Positions 47,127-56,825 of a stretch of DNA of 64,000 bases are shown here, in pieces (within the stretch, counting starts at the first letter, position 1; each line of letters opens with the position of its first letter). The position numbers and the translations under genes are program-made. The DNA comes from an uncultured bacterium (lineage in GTDB: Bacteria > RBG-13-61-14 > CAYWKU01). Location of the stretch: positions 83,422-147,421 of the forward strand of contig CAYWKU010000007.1 in assembly GCA_964459325.1 (NCBI GenBank). Direction: 5' to 3'. The notes beneath the pieces are model-generated. The model worked only from the letters and a program-made list of their open reading frames with translations. It did no database searches and was not told where the DNA came from.

Positions 47127-48046
47127 GGCGCACGCTCCGCGTATATCTCCATCACGTCCCCCAGCTTCACCAGGCTCAACACGTCGTTGGCGAAGCTTCG
47201 CAGGGCGGAGAGAAACGGGTATTTGAGAAAAATCCCCTTTACGGCGGATATGTTCTTCTGCCTCGACTCGAAACCGTATTCCTTTCGCCGGAATATGCCG
47301 GATACGATGTCCAGCGGGTTGATGTCCACGGTACGAAGCGCCACCGTCCGGCCCCCGGTTTGGGCTATCAGCCTTCTCGCGGTGCGGGGGCTGAAGACAA
47401 ACAGGTGCCGGGGCGGTATAAGCCCCTCCCACCTGCTGCCGAGAACGTACCGGGAGAAGGAGTTGTAATTGGGCGTGTTCATGGCCAGCAACCCTCCCGG
47501 CCTTAGTATCCGCCACGCTTCCTTCACCGCCGCAACCGGGTCGTAAAGGTGCTCGATGACGTCCCACATGGTTACCACGTCGAAGCTCTCATCTTCGAAC
47601 CCAGATTCCTCGAAGGAGCCGGCTCTTATATCGCATCCCAGCCTGCCGGATGCGACCTCGGCGGAGTGTGAAGCAAGCTCGCAACCCGCGATATCCCATC
47701 CCCGCCGGGCGGCGTATTCGAGGAAGTCCCCGGTTGAGCAACCCACGTCCAGCAGGCGGTTGAAGTAGCGATACCCCTCGGTGCGCCACATCCTGGGGCC
47801 GTAGATAAGCTCCTGCAGCCCGGGGTTGCCCTCCCATTTCAGCCGGTGCGCGCCCGCGTGATGTTTGCGGGCCCATTCTTCGGCCACATCTCGAAGCTCT
47901 CCGGGAGAAGGCGCGGGGTCGGTATACACCAGTGTGCACCGGCGGCACTTGACGTAAGAAGCGCCCTCCTTTTCAAATAGCTCCTCCCGACCGGGTTCGC
48001 CGCACAGCGGGCAGTTTTCGCGGTGTATCCAGCTTGCGCCTTCCAT
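47123..48046 (-). CDS. Class I SAM-dependent methyltransferase with N-terminal zinc-ribbon
   Basis: CPLCG...CRRC zinc-ribbon; SAM motif I LDVGCSTGDFL; acidic motif II (FDVVTMWDVIEH). Confidence 0.8.
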   Translation of the reverse strand: MEGASWIHRENCPLCGEPGREELFEKEGASYVKCRRCTLVYTDPAPSPGELRDVAEEWARKHHAGAHRLKWEGNPGLQELIYGPRMWRTEGYRYFNRLLDVGCSTGDFLEYAARRGWDIAGCELASHSAEVASGRLGCDIRAGSFEESGFEDESFDVVTMWDVIEHLYDPVAAVKEAWRILRPGGLLAMNTPNYNSFSRYVLGSRWEGLIPPRHLFVFSPRTARRLIAQTGGRTVALRTVDINPLDIVSGIFRRKEYGFESRQKNISAVKGIFLKYPFLSALRSFANDVLSLVKLGDVMEIYAERAP

Positions 48047-48051
48047 CTTTT

Positions 48052-48942
48052 TCAGTTTTCACTCCGTTTGAAAAATGCCCATACGCCCAGCGCCACGGCC
48101 ACCGAAACGATGGTAAGAATCCGGTAGGCGAAGGCGGCGGTGGCGGTGACGGCAATAGGAGCGCCGCCGATACTGGCGACGTAAGCCCACGTCACGTCCC
48201 TTACCCCCAGCCCTCCCGGCACCAGCGATATCAACCCCGCCACGAAACCCACGCTCAACGCCGGCAGAGTGATGAAAAACGGCTCCACCGTCTGGCCCGT
48301 GGCCCTTATCATGCAGTAAAAGCTTGCCGCTCCCATCGTCCATACGCCGGCGGTGCACAAAAAGTTCAATGGCATTCGGGACGGGGCGAACGCCGCCCGC
48401 AGCCCTTCCAGGAACCTCGCCCCGAAGCTTGTCACGCGGGCGGAGACGATAATCCCCAGCCCTACTATTACCGCCGCCACCGTAGCTATGATGAACACCA
48501 GCGGGTTGATTTCTCCCATTCCCGATTTTCCCCATCCCACGTACCAGGCGAAAACCGCCGTTACCAGGCCGGTGAAAATCAGGTCAAGTATCACTTCCCC
48601 GCCGGAAGCCGCCAGCGACCTGGTGGCGGGCACCCGGCGGCCCTTCATCAGGCCGATTTTGGCCCCGATGCCCACCCCCTGAACCATGGAGGCATAGTTC
48701 AGAAGGAACCCGGCCATCACCACCTCCAGCACGTGCCGGTATCTCATCTCAGGCGCAGCCAGCGACCGGAACCTGAGGGTGGCCATGGAAAGGTTGAAGA
48801 CCCAGAAGACCAGCGCCAAGCCCACCCACGCCGGAGAAAGACCCTTGACGGTATCCAGTATTTTCCGAGGGCCCACGTGATAAACCAGGTAAACCAGGGC
48901 CGCGATAACCACTACCATAAGGAACGGTCGAAGCCACTTCAT
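48052..48942 (-). CDS. Flippase-like membrane protein (LPG-synthase TM-region family), second copy
   Basis: Start taken at internal Met (MKWLRPFLMVVVIAALV); about 8 transmembrane helices. Confidence 0.5.
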   Translation of the reverse strand: MKWLRPFLMVVVIAALVYLVYHVGPRKILDTVKGLSPAWVGLALVFWVFNLSMATLRFRSLAAPEMRYRHVLEVVMAGFLLNYASMVQGVGIGAKIGLMKGRRVPATRSLAASGGEVILDLIFTGLVTAVFAWYVGWGKSGMGEINPLVFIIATVAAVIVGLGIIVSARVTSFGARFLEGLRAAFAPSRMPLNFLCTAGVWTMGAASFYCMIRATGQTVEPFFITLPALSVGFVAGLISLVPGGLGVRDVTWAYVASIGGAPIAVTATAAFAYRILTIVSVAVALGVWAFFKRSEN

Positions 48943-48988
48943 GGCCTGTTCCAGGAGGTTCGGTTTGCCGGTAGCTTCCTCGCTCAAT

Positions 48989-50140
48989 TCAAACCGCCCT
49001 TTTCCTTCGGAATCTCGATACAAGCTCCCGGGCCAACTCATCGCCGATGGCCCGCCTGTTGAAGCGGGTCTCGAAAGCCTCCCGCCCTCCGGCGGCCACC
49101 TTTTCCCTCAGCTCGCTTTCATTGTGGAGTTTCCTCACGGCATCCGCCAGCGCTTCAGGGTCGCCCGGTTTGACCAGCCACGCGCTTATTCCGTGCTCAA
49201 GGGCTTCCCGGGCGGCGGGTGTGTCGGCGGTTATCAGCGGCTTGCCCATCGCCAGCACGTTGAACACCTTGCAGGGAATAACACGGGACGCTTTCGGGCC
49301 GTCGGAAAAAATGCCCAGGCAGATTTCGGAGCGGGCTATGCGGTCGGCAAGCTCCGGGTAGTTTATCCACTGCCTTTCCAATGTCACCCGGGCGTTGCTT
49401 TCATCGGCCATCCTTTTGCAGTATTCCCATGTGGGGCCGTCGCCGATAAGGGTGAAGCTTATATCCTTTTCGTCTTCCAGAAGTTTTGCCGCCTCGATTA
49501 TAACCTCCGCCCCGTGCAGGGGGAGGAAGCTGCCGAAAAACAGCGCTTCCCCCGCGTTGATTTCAGGCGGCTCCTCGGGGAGGCTGAAATAATCTTCCTC
49601 CGCTCCTACAAACACCCTTATAAACTTGTCCGCCGGGACATTGAAATTACGGCTGTAATATTCGACGTGCGCCCCCGTGTCCAGTAGCACCGTGTCGGCG
49701 ACCCGGGAGGAGGCGCCGTCCAGGAATTTCAGAGCCTTTGCCTTTATGGAAGAGGAAGCGGCCAGCTCCCTGTCCTCCACCACCGCCTCGTACACCGAAA
49801 GAAACGCATCCAGCACCACGGGTTTTCCTTTCAAGGCGGCTAAAACCTTTGCGAGGAAAACGTCCAGGTGTCCGGGGTACCCCACTATTACCAGGTCGTG
49901 CGGCGGCATTTTCACCAGGTACTTCCACGAAAGCACTATCCATGCGATAACGAGCTTTACTCCGGCTTTTATCGCGCCCCACAGGCCGGTAACCGCTCCC
50001 GCCCTGGAGGCGGAATCTCCCCACGCCGGGCGGTGGCACTCGATAACCCGGCGCCCCGCATCTCTAAGGGCTGCGGAAACCACGTTGTTGCGGGGGTAGC
50101 CTTCGCCGGTGGAGTAAGTGCCGAAGTATACAATATTCAT
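48989..50140 (-). CDS. Glycosyltransferase, GT-B fold (GT4-like)
   Basis: MNIVYFGTYSTGEGYPRN N-terminus and overall two-domain GT-B-like architecture; weaker motif support than the other GT4 genes. Confidence 0.55.
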   Translation of the reverse strand: MNIVYFGTYSTGEGYPRNNVVSAALRDAGRRVIECHRPAWGDSASRAGAVTGLWGAIKAGVKLVIAWIVLSWKYLVKMPPHDLVIVGYPGHLDVFLAKVLAALKGKPVVLDAFLSVYEAVVEDRELAASSSIKAKALKFLDGASSRVADTVLLDTGAHVEYYSRNFNVPADKFIRVFVGAEEDYFSLPEEPPEINAGEALFFGSFLPLHGAEVIIEAAKLLEDEKDISFTLIGDGPTWEYCKRMADESNARVTLERQWINYPELADRIARSEICLGIFSDGPKASRVIPCKVFNVLAMGKPLITADTPAAREALEHGISAWLVKPGDPEALADAVRKLHNESELREKVAAGGREAFETRFNRRAIGDELARELVSRFRRKRAV

Positions 50141-50146
50141 GGCTTA

Positions 50147-50827
50147 TTAATCGAAAAAGCGATACCTGACTATGCACCATAATGCCGTTATGCCGTCTGT
50201 CCAGTGAATTTTCTTACCTTCTTCGTAATCCCTGCCGTAATAGGAAATGGGCACTTCGTAAATGCGAACCTTCCGGCGGGCGAATTTGGCGGTAAGCTCC
50301 GGCTCGATGCCGAACCTTTCCGAGCGCAACTTCATGTGCTTTATAACTCCCGTGCGGAAGCACTTGTAGCACGTTTCCATGTCGGTGAGGTTGAGGTTGT
50401 TGAGCACGTTGCTGAAAAGTGTAAGGAACCTGTTGCCCAGGTAGTGCCAGAAAAACATCACCCGGTGCGGCCCGCCCAGAAACCGCGAGCCGTAAACCAC
50501 GTCGGCGTAACCGTCCCTTATGGGGCCGAGGAGCTTTTCGTAGTCGCGGGGGTCGTATTCCAGGTCGGCGTCCTGGATGACGATAACGTCTCCCCTGGCC
50601 TGCTCGAAGCCGGTGCGGATGGCGGCGCCCTTGCCACGGTTCTTGTCGTGCCGGAAAGCCCTGATTCCCTCGATTTTTTCAACCACTTCCCACGAGCCGT
50701 CGCTGCTGGCGTCGTCAACCACCACGATGTCCATTTCATCCTCGATAGGACTTGACCTGACCCTGCGGATTATTTCCTCCACCGTGTTTCGCTCATTGTA
50801 GATGGGGATGATGACCGACACCAGCAT
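50147..50827 (-). CDS. Glycosyltransferase family 2 (soluble DPM1-like)
   Basis: Start taken at internal Met (MLVSVIIPIYNE), where stop and start overlap as TAATG; VVVDDASSDGS, QDADLEYDP motifs; no membrane anchor. Confidence 0.8.
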   Translation of the reverse strand: MLVSVIIPIYNERNTVEEIIRRVRSSPIEDEMDIVVVDDASSDGSWEVVEKIEGIRAFRHDKNRGKGAAIRTGFEQARGDVIVIQDADLEYDPRDYEKLLGPIRDGYADVVYGSRFLGGPHRVMFFWHYLGNRFLTLFSNVLNNLNLTDMETCYKCFRTGVIKHMKLRSERFGIEPELTAKFARRKVRIYEVPISYYGRDYEEGKKIHWTDGITALWCIVRYRFFD

Positions 50828-52377
50828 TACATCTTCTCCTTCTTGTAAATATATATGATTCTTCCCTCTTTTTTTACCATGGACGCCGGCTTCCAGCCCG
50901 GAGGCGCGTTGTGGGGATTCAAAAGCGGCGCCATTTGAGGATGAAACGCCCGGATAAGGGTGCTGTCCGCGATTAGGTAATCGACATCCCATCTTCGCGC
51001 GTATTCCAGCACCTTCCGCAGAGGCTCATCCGGCACCGGTACCCTTTCGGCGTTTGCGAAGAACGCCACGTAAGGCTCGCGGGTCATTACCTTCACGCTG
51101 CGACCTTCGGATTGGCGGGCTATGAATTCCGCCGCTGCCCGTTGAGGTTTCACCCATTCGGCGTCCGGGTCGGGGCCGTATTTTACTGAGGCGACGAGGG
51201 GTATCACCACGATTAATAACGCTGCAACCCCCGTTTTCTTCCCGGCCATATCGAAAGCATGGGCGATTCCCCTTCCGGCCACGATAGCTCCGAGCGGCAC
51301 CAGCGGAACGTAGTAGCGGGGGCTGGTGCCCGTCATCGCCTGCAGGCCTACGGCGGGTATCCACATGCTTAAAAGGTAGCCTATGGGTTTCCCTTCCCCG
51401 GCGCCTTTCCTGAGTATGCCGAACAGCCCCAATCCCATGGCGGCGGCAAAAACGGGCGGGAAAATGACGCTCAGGTCTCCGTAAGCGTCATCCAAGCGAG
51501 TGAAGGCGCGCCTTACAACCGCTCCGGCGTTATTACCGAGAAACTCGATTGTACCCATTTCTTCGGCGGCCACCTGAGCTTTCAGCCTGCCGGTTTCCGG
51601 GTCGATTTTACCTTTTTGCCGTTCATGTTTGTCGGGGTTGGATATGATGCGATACATCATCCCCTGCTGGCCGGTAAGCCGCCAGCTTCCCTGCTCAAAT
51701 TTCAGGTAGACAACGTAAGGCGCCGAAAATATCAACACGCCCGCAATGAAGGCCGCCGTTATGATAATCTTTCTTTTGCGTCCTTTAGACGACGCAAACG
51801 CCCATATCGCCGGGATGACGGCTTCGAATATTCCCGCCACCCGGGTCAGGTATGCCAGCCCCAGGGCTGCGCCGGAAAAGCTCCAGCGTCTTGCGGAATT
51901 TTTCTCCAGCGCCGACCACCCGATGAAAACCCCGCCCATCAATAGCGCCGTGTAAAGGCTTTCTGTAAGCGCCAAACCGCCGTAATGGACCATCTGTGGA
52001 TGGAAAGCCACGATAAGGGCCGCGCCCACGGCGGCTGTATCGCCGAAGGTGCGCCTTGCGAGCAATCCCGTCAGGACTATCGCCGCTCCCGCCGCCAGCA
52101 CCGACACCAGGCACCCCGCTATTTCCAGATTGCCGGTAAATATGCCAAAGAAAGAGCTTGCGGCGGCGAAAAGGGGTTGATAGTATCCCGTCTCGCTGCC
52201 CATCGGCACGCTCAGCCCGCCTTCGGCGATACGCCCGGCCAGAAGCAGGTAAAGGCCGCTGTCCGGGTGGTATATTTTCCAGGGGGAAGTAAGGGCGCGT
52301 AAAAAAACGCCCGCCGCCGTTATGGCGGCAAGCTTTCCCGGAAAGGAAAGCAGGAGGCTGTAAGCGCCTCTCCTCAT
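50827..52377 (-). CDS. GT-C fold membrane glycosyltransferase (family 39/83-like, ArnT/PMT-type)
   Basis: About 11 transmembrane helices with a C-terminal soluble domain; adjacent to two GT2 genes. Confidence 0.65.
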   Translation of the reverse strand: MRRGAYSLLLSFPGKLAAITAAGVFLRALTSPWKIYHPDSGLYLLLAGRIAEGGLSVPMGSETGYYQPLFAAASSFFGIFTGNLEIAGCLVSVLAAGAAIVLTGLLARRTFGDTAAVGAALIVAFHPQMVHYGGLALTESLYTALLMGGVFIGWSALEKNSARRWSFSGAALGLAYLTRVAGIFEAVIPAIWAFASSKGRKRKIIITAAFIAGVLIFSAPYVVYLKFEQGSWRLTGQQGMMYRIISNPDKHERQKGKIDPETGRLKAQVAAEEMGTIEFLGNNAGAVVRRAFTRLDDAYGDLSVIFPPVFAAAMGLGLFGILRKGAGEGKPIGYLLSMWIPAVGLQAMTGTSPRYYVPLVPLGAIVAGRGIAHAFDMAGKKTGVAALLIVVIPLVASVKYGPDPDAEWVKPQRAAAEFIARQSEGRSVKVMTREPYVAFFANAERVPVPDEPLRKVLEYARRWDVDYLIADSTLIRAFHPQMAPLLNPHNAPPGWKPASMVKKEGRIIYIYKKEKM

Positions 52378-53303
52378 CCGGTCTCGTCCTCGACCCGCTC
52401 GAACCGCAGCAGGCTTATCTGCTCGGCCACCAGCCCCAGCAGAAACACTATCACGCCGGTCACCAACAGCAGCAGGGCGAGGTTTGTGAACCGGTGCCAG
52501 AGAATGAAGGTGTAAAGGTAATAGAGCACTCCGGCCAGAACGAAAAATATGCTTATGGGAAGAAACACCCTCATCGGCGCAAACAAAGTCGCCACTCTCA
52601 AGAGAATGATGAGAAACCTCAATCCGTCCCGGAAAGGGCGAATCTTGCTCTGACCGATTCGGATGTCGAAAGTTAAAGGTGCGAAGTCCACGCTGTACCC
52701 GGCCCTTATCATGGACAGGGTGATGGTGGTGGGATAGCTGAAGGAGTTGGGCAAAAGATGCAGAAAGCCCCGGGCCACTTTGCGGCGCATGACCCGGAAA
52801 CCGCTGGTCAGGTCATATATACGCCTTCCGGCAATGTAGCCTGCGAAGGAGTTCATCGCCTTGTTGTAGAGTTTCCTGCCGCGCGTCTGCACCGTGGCGT
52901 CGTCGCGGGCGCCGACAATCATGTCGTATCTTTCAATCCGCTCCACCAGTTTGGGTATGGCCTCGGGCGGGTGCTGGCCGTCGCCGTCCATGAGTAACAC
53001 GAACTCCCGGTTAGCATGGCGAATGCCGGTTTTGACCGCCGCTCCGTTGCCTTTATTGTAGGGGTGTTTTATCAAGCGGATGTCGGCGTCTTCGAAAAGG
53101 GATACCGTGCTATCGGAGGAGCCGTCGTCCACCACGATTATCTCGGCCTCCGGCCCGACGACTTCCCTCACCCGCCGGATAACGCTGCCGATGTTTCCCT
53201 CCTCGTTGAAAACGGGCATCACGACGCTGAGCTTCTTATAGTCGAAACGACTTTTTTCGGGGGAGGTTTTTGCTTCGTTCACTTTTTCGTTTTTCTCATC
53301 CAT
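52374..53303 (-). CDS. GT2 polyprenyl-phosphate sugar synthase-like glycosyltransferase
   Basis: Start taken at internal Met (MDEKNEKV...), alternative at ~53219; LSVVMPVFNEE, IIVVDDGSSD, MDGDGQHPP motifs; C-terminal two-helix anchor. Confidence 0.8.
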   Translation of the reverse strand: MDEKNEKVNEAKTSPEKSRFDYKKLSVVMPVFNEEGNIGSVIRRVREVVGPEAEIIVVDDGSSDSTVSLFEDADIRLIKHPYNKGNGAAVKTGIRHANREFVLLMDGDGQHPPEAIPKLVERIERYDMIVGARDDATVQTRGRKLYNKAMNSFAGYIAGRRIYDLTSGFRVMRRKVARGFLHLLPNSFSYPTTITLSMIRAGYSVDFAPLTFDIRIGQSKIRPFRDGLRFLIILLRVATLFAPMRVFLPISIFFVLAGVLYYLYTFILWHRFTNLALLLLVTGVIVFLLGLVAEQISLLRFERVEDETG

Positions 53304-54667
53304 CCGGCCAGCTCCATTCCACGAGAGAGTAGATTGACGGCCCCCCCGGCTCCACCGGCCCGGGCAAGCCTTGAAACGACGTAAGAAGGCCTGGCGTAAA
53401 AACTGAAATGTGCGGCTCTCAGCGCCTTCCTCAACTTTTGCGGCGTCCAATATTCGTCCATCACTGCCGGTCGGGCCAGGTCGGCGTCGAAGGGGTTCAT
53501 GGCGTCGGTCATTCCGAGCCAACCTTTTTTTAGAGCCTCGTCGTAAAGCGGGGTTCCCTCCACCGGCGACAAAACGCTGAACTGGGCCCAAGTAACCCCC
53601 CACCTTGCCGCGAACCGGGCTGTTTCTTTAACGTGCTCCAGTCTTTCACCCGGTATTCCCACCAGAAAGTAAGCCAAAACGTCCATTCCCGCTTGCCGGG
53701 TCATGGTTATAGCCTTCCCGATATCGGACGAGGAAGTGCCCTTTCGCAGGAACCGCAGGCTTTTCTCGTGGATGCTTTCGATGCCGTAGGAAACTATTCG
53801 ACACCCCGCCCGGCTCATCCAATCAAGCATCTCCGGGTACACGTCATCTACACGGGCCTCGCACTTCCATCGGATGTTAAGTCCTTCTTCGATGATGCGT
53901 CGGCAGATTTCAATGACCCGCTCGGCGTCCAGCGTGAAAAGGTCGTCATAAATTATAACGGAACGTACGCCCGAATCGCAAGCAATTTGCCGCAGCTCCT
54001 CCAGCACCCTGTCGGCCGAATGAAGCCTCGGTGCGGAGCCAAAAACGCTTTTGTCGCAGAAGATGCAGGCATGAGGACAACCGCGACTCGTGAAAAGCGT
54101 GGTCGCCGCACCCGGCCCGAGAGGGGGATAAGAATACCGGGAGTGCTCCAGGAGTCCGCGGGCGGGATACGGGAGGCCGTCGAGGTCACCGGAAGGAGAC
54201 GCAGGCGGAGTGTGTCCTTCAGGTGTCACCACTCCGTGTAATGCGAAAAGGTCGCCGTTGTTTTGTAACGTTTCCAGCAGGTTTGCAATAACGCCCTCCC
54301 CTTCGCCCAGGACGACAGCGTCGGCGGGAAAATCGCCTTCGGTTGTGAAGAATTCCGCCCCCCGCATGGTAACATGAGGGCCCCCGATGACGACGGTTTT
54401 CCCCGCGTTTTTCGATATTTGTGCGGCACGGCAGGTTAAGTCCCATGTCGGGGTCATGCCGGTAAGCGCCGCGACCTTCGCGTTTGAAGACCGAACGCGG
54501 TTTTCAAATTCCTTCCAGCTCAGGCCGAGTGCCGGAGCATCGACCAGCTCGGCATCATGGCCCGCCTCCATGCAAACCCCTGCCAGATAAAGCAGTCCAA
54601 GAGGAGGCACAACGAAAGGCGGCTTGCGGCCTTCGCGGGCCGGAGGCACTGCAAAAAGAACTTCCAT
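53279..54667 (-). CDS. B12-binding domain-containing radical SAM enzyme
   Basis: N-terminal B12-binding-like domain (PLGLLYLAG, VVIGGPHVT), radical SAM motif SRGCPHACIFC. Confidence 0.8.
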   Translation of the reverse strand: MEVLFAVPPAREGRKPPFVVPPLGLLYLAGVCMEAGHDAELVDAPALGLSWKEFENRVRSSNAKVAALTGMTPTWDLTCRAAQISKNAGKTVVIGGPHVTMRGAEFFTTEGDFPADAVVLGEGEGVIANLLETLQNNGDLFALHGVVTPEGHTPPASPSGDLDGLPYPARGLLEHSRYSYPPLGPGAATTLFTSRGCPHACIFCDKSVFGSAPRLHSADRVLEELRQIACDSGVRSVIIYDDLFTLDAERVIEICRRIIEEGLNIRWKCEARVDDVYPEMLDWMSRAGCRIVSYGIESIHEKSLRFLRKGTSSSDIGKAITMTRQAGMDVLAYFLVGIPGERLEHVKETARFAARWGVTWAQFSVLSPVEGTPLYDEALKKGWLGMTDAMNPFDADLARPAVMDEYWTPQKLRKALRAAHFSFYARPSYVVSRLARAGGAGGAVNLLSRGMELAGWMRKTKK

Positions 54668-54802
54668 CTCAAGTCAAACATGGTAGAACAGGCGGCGTCC
54701 GTCGGCAATTGAAGAAGGAGGCTCACCCTCTTAATTTATCCCGGCATCTTGTTATTTCTTTCGCAGACATCCCCCAAAATTCATTTGAAAAAAAATACAT
54801 GC

Positions 54803-56317
54803 TCACTCGCAGATTTTTTTAACAAACTCATCATTCAGATATTTGGAGACAATCTTCTTTTGAGCTTCATCCGGAGAGTTCATGGGGTTAATGCAGGTAA
54901 AAAAATCGAGGAGCCGATTTTTATTCAACTTCAAGGCTGAGGAAAACAAGGATTTCACCAAGCCTCTGGAGAAATGTCTGGCGACGTAATTACGACTGAA
55001 AAATGAACCGATTAGCGATGCCATTTCGATGAACCGCCCGGGTCCCAATGTTTCCTTCGCATTTGCCTGCCTTCTGTTTTTATAGGTGTATGCCGACAAA
55101 AATCGCTCGTGATAAAACATATCCTTAAACTGTACGCCCATTTTCTCGAACTTGCTCAGCCCTTTTACTCCGCGCATCGGGATAAATATACTGACCGCAC
55201 AAGAGTCACAAATCTCCGATTTCGGAAGTTTATTTTTGTTTGGCGAGCTATATGCGAGCGGGTATCCGCCGAGGAACTGGGCAGATACGTAGACACCGGC
55301 GTCATAAAGGATTTCGTATACTCTTTTATAATCCAAAGGAAGGGTATTATTCTGCAAGCCTTTTTCCATGGTCTTCAAGGCCTCGGCTTCATCAGTTTCA
55401 TAGCCAATCGCTGCCAGCCTTAACCCCGCGCGCCCCGCCAATTTAAACAACTCCGGGTGTTTTAAAACATTATCCGCCCTGATGAAAGCAAAAAAGTTGA
55501 CGTCTATATTTTCCTGTAATAGCTTTTCGAATATTCTTGATTCAATCTCGGGATTTTCGCCGAAGTTGTCATCACTGATAAGTATTTGAGTTATTCCGAG
55601 TTTTCTCAATCTTGCGATTTCCTCGAACACTCTCTCCGGCGATTTGTATCTTTGTCTCATATACCACATGGTATTTGAAACGCAAAAATTACACGGATGA
55701 GGACATCCGCGGGATGATTCCACAACCCCGGCGTAACCATTCGAGTTCAGATAAGCATTATATAACCTGTAATTAATGAGTTCCCATTTTGCCAAGGGCA
55801 GGCTGTCCAGATTTGCTATCAATTCCCTGTCGGGGTTCACGCGGATTTCGCCGTCTTCTGTAGAATACGTAATCCCTGAAACGTCCGATAAGTCCGTTCC
55901 CCCGTCGAGAGCTTCTATCGTTTCCTTAAAAGTAATATCACCCTCTCTTCTTATAACTATATCCGCTCCTTTGTTTACCCATTCCCTGTCGTAAAATGTG
56001 GAGTGATGGCCTCCGAGAATAATTTTTGTTTCCGGGTTGATTTTCTTTATAATCTTGATTGTAAGCTCGCTGTTTAAGGCGTGAAACGGGGAAACAACGC
56101 TCAAGCACACGACATCCCGCCCTCGGAGCTTTTCCAGGTATTTCTTTTTGGAAATCGGGGACACCCTGGCATCTAATATTTCCATCTCATGGCCGGAAAC
56201 GGAGGCGGCGATTTGAGGGAATGTGGCGGAGCCTACGTGAAAAACCTCGTTAAGAAAGTCGCCCGGATAAGGCCATGTCGAATATAATACCTTTGGATAC
56301 AGAAAGAGTATTTTCAT
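54803..56317 (-). CDS. B12-binding domain-containing radical SAM enzyme (AT-richer codon usage than neighbours)
   Basis: MKILFLYP N-terminus, IILGGHHST, radical SAM motif SRGCPHPCNFC. Confidence 0.8.
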   Translation of the reverse strand: MKILFLYPKVLYSTWPYPGDFLNEVFHVGSATFPQIAASVSGHEMEILDARVSPISKKKYLEKLRGRDVVCLSVVSPFHALNSELTIKIIKKINPETKIILGGHHSTFYDREWVNKGADIVIRREGDITFKETIEALDGGTDLSDVSGITYSTEDGEIRVNPDRELIANLDSLPLAKWELINYRLYNAYLNSNGYAGVVESSRGCPHPCNFCVSNTMWYMRQRYKSPERVFEEIARLRKLGITQILISDDNFGENPEIESRIFEKLLQENIDVNFFAFIRADNVLKHPELFKLAGRAGLRLAAIGYETDEAEALKTMEKGLQNNTLPLDYKRVYEILYDAGVYVSAQFLGGYPLAYSSPNKNKLPKSEICDSCAVSIFIPMRGVKGLSKFEKMGVQFKDMFYHERFLSAYTYKNRRQANAKETLGPGRFIEMASLIGSFFSRNYVARHFSRGLVKSLFSSALKLNKNRLLDFFTCINPMNSPDEAQKKIVSKYLNDEFVKKICE

Positions 56318-56825
56318 ACACGGAACTCCTCAATCGTGTTCGATGAAGCCTCCAAGCACTCATTTTGAACGCGAAAAGTTGCCCATCCGATTGGATTATG
56401 CCGGGCGAGCCGAAAGCGGGTATTCTTTAAAGAACACCTGTTATCCAAAATGGCCGGCAATTGCAATTTTCTCGCGATTCCGAATAAAAACTTTTTTGTA
56501 AACAGAATTGTCAACTTCTTAAATCAAATAGTTCTTCTTGTTTTTTAATGATAACCGGGACATGCCGTGAATTCAACTTTCCGTAAATCGTTTGATTTCT
56601 CTATTCGAGTTCCGCCACAATTGCAGTGATTTTTTCAGTCCCCCGGCAATCAGCCGAAAAAGAAAAAAACAAAATTCCAGCCTATGTCGGTATTTGCCGG
56701 TGAAGTATATGATTGCTATACTGACAACAGTTAAAAGGTTACCACGTGTCTTTCAGACGGAAGAGGTGGAACAAAACTAATGTTTACCAATCCAATAATC
56801 AGATAAGCGAAACAATCCTTTTCTC

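Noticed and set aside
54668-54802. Sigma-54 promoter for the main cluster operon
   Set aside because: I found no convincing TGGCAC-N5-TTGC match by eye here or in the 56318-56825 and 61938-62340 spacers; this needs a computational scan.
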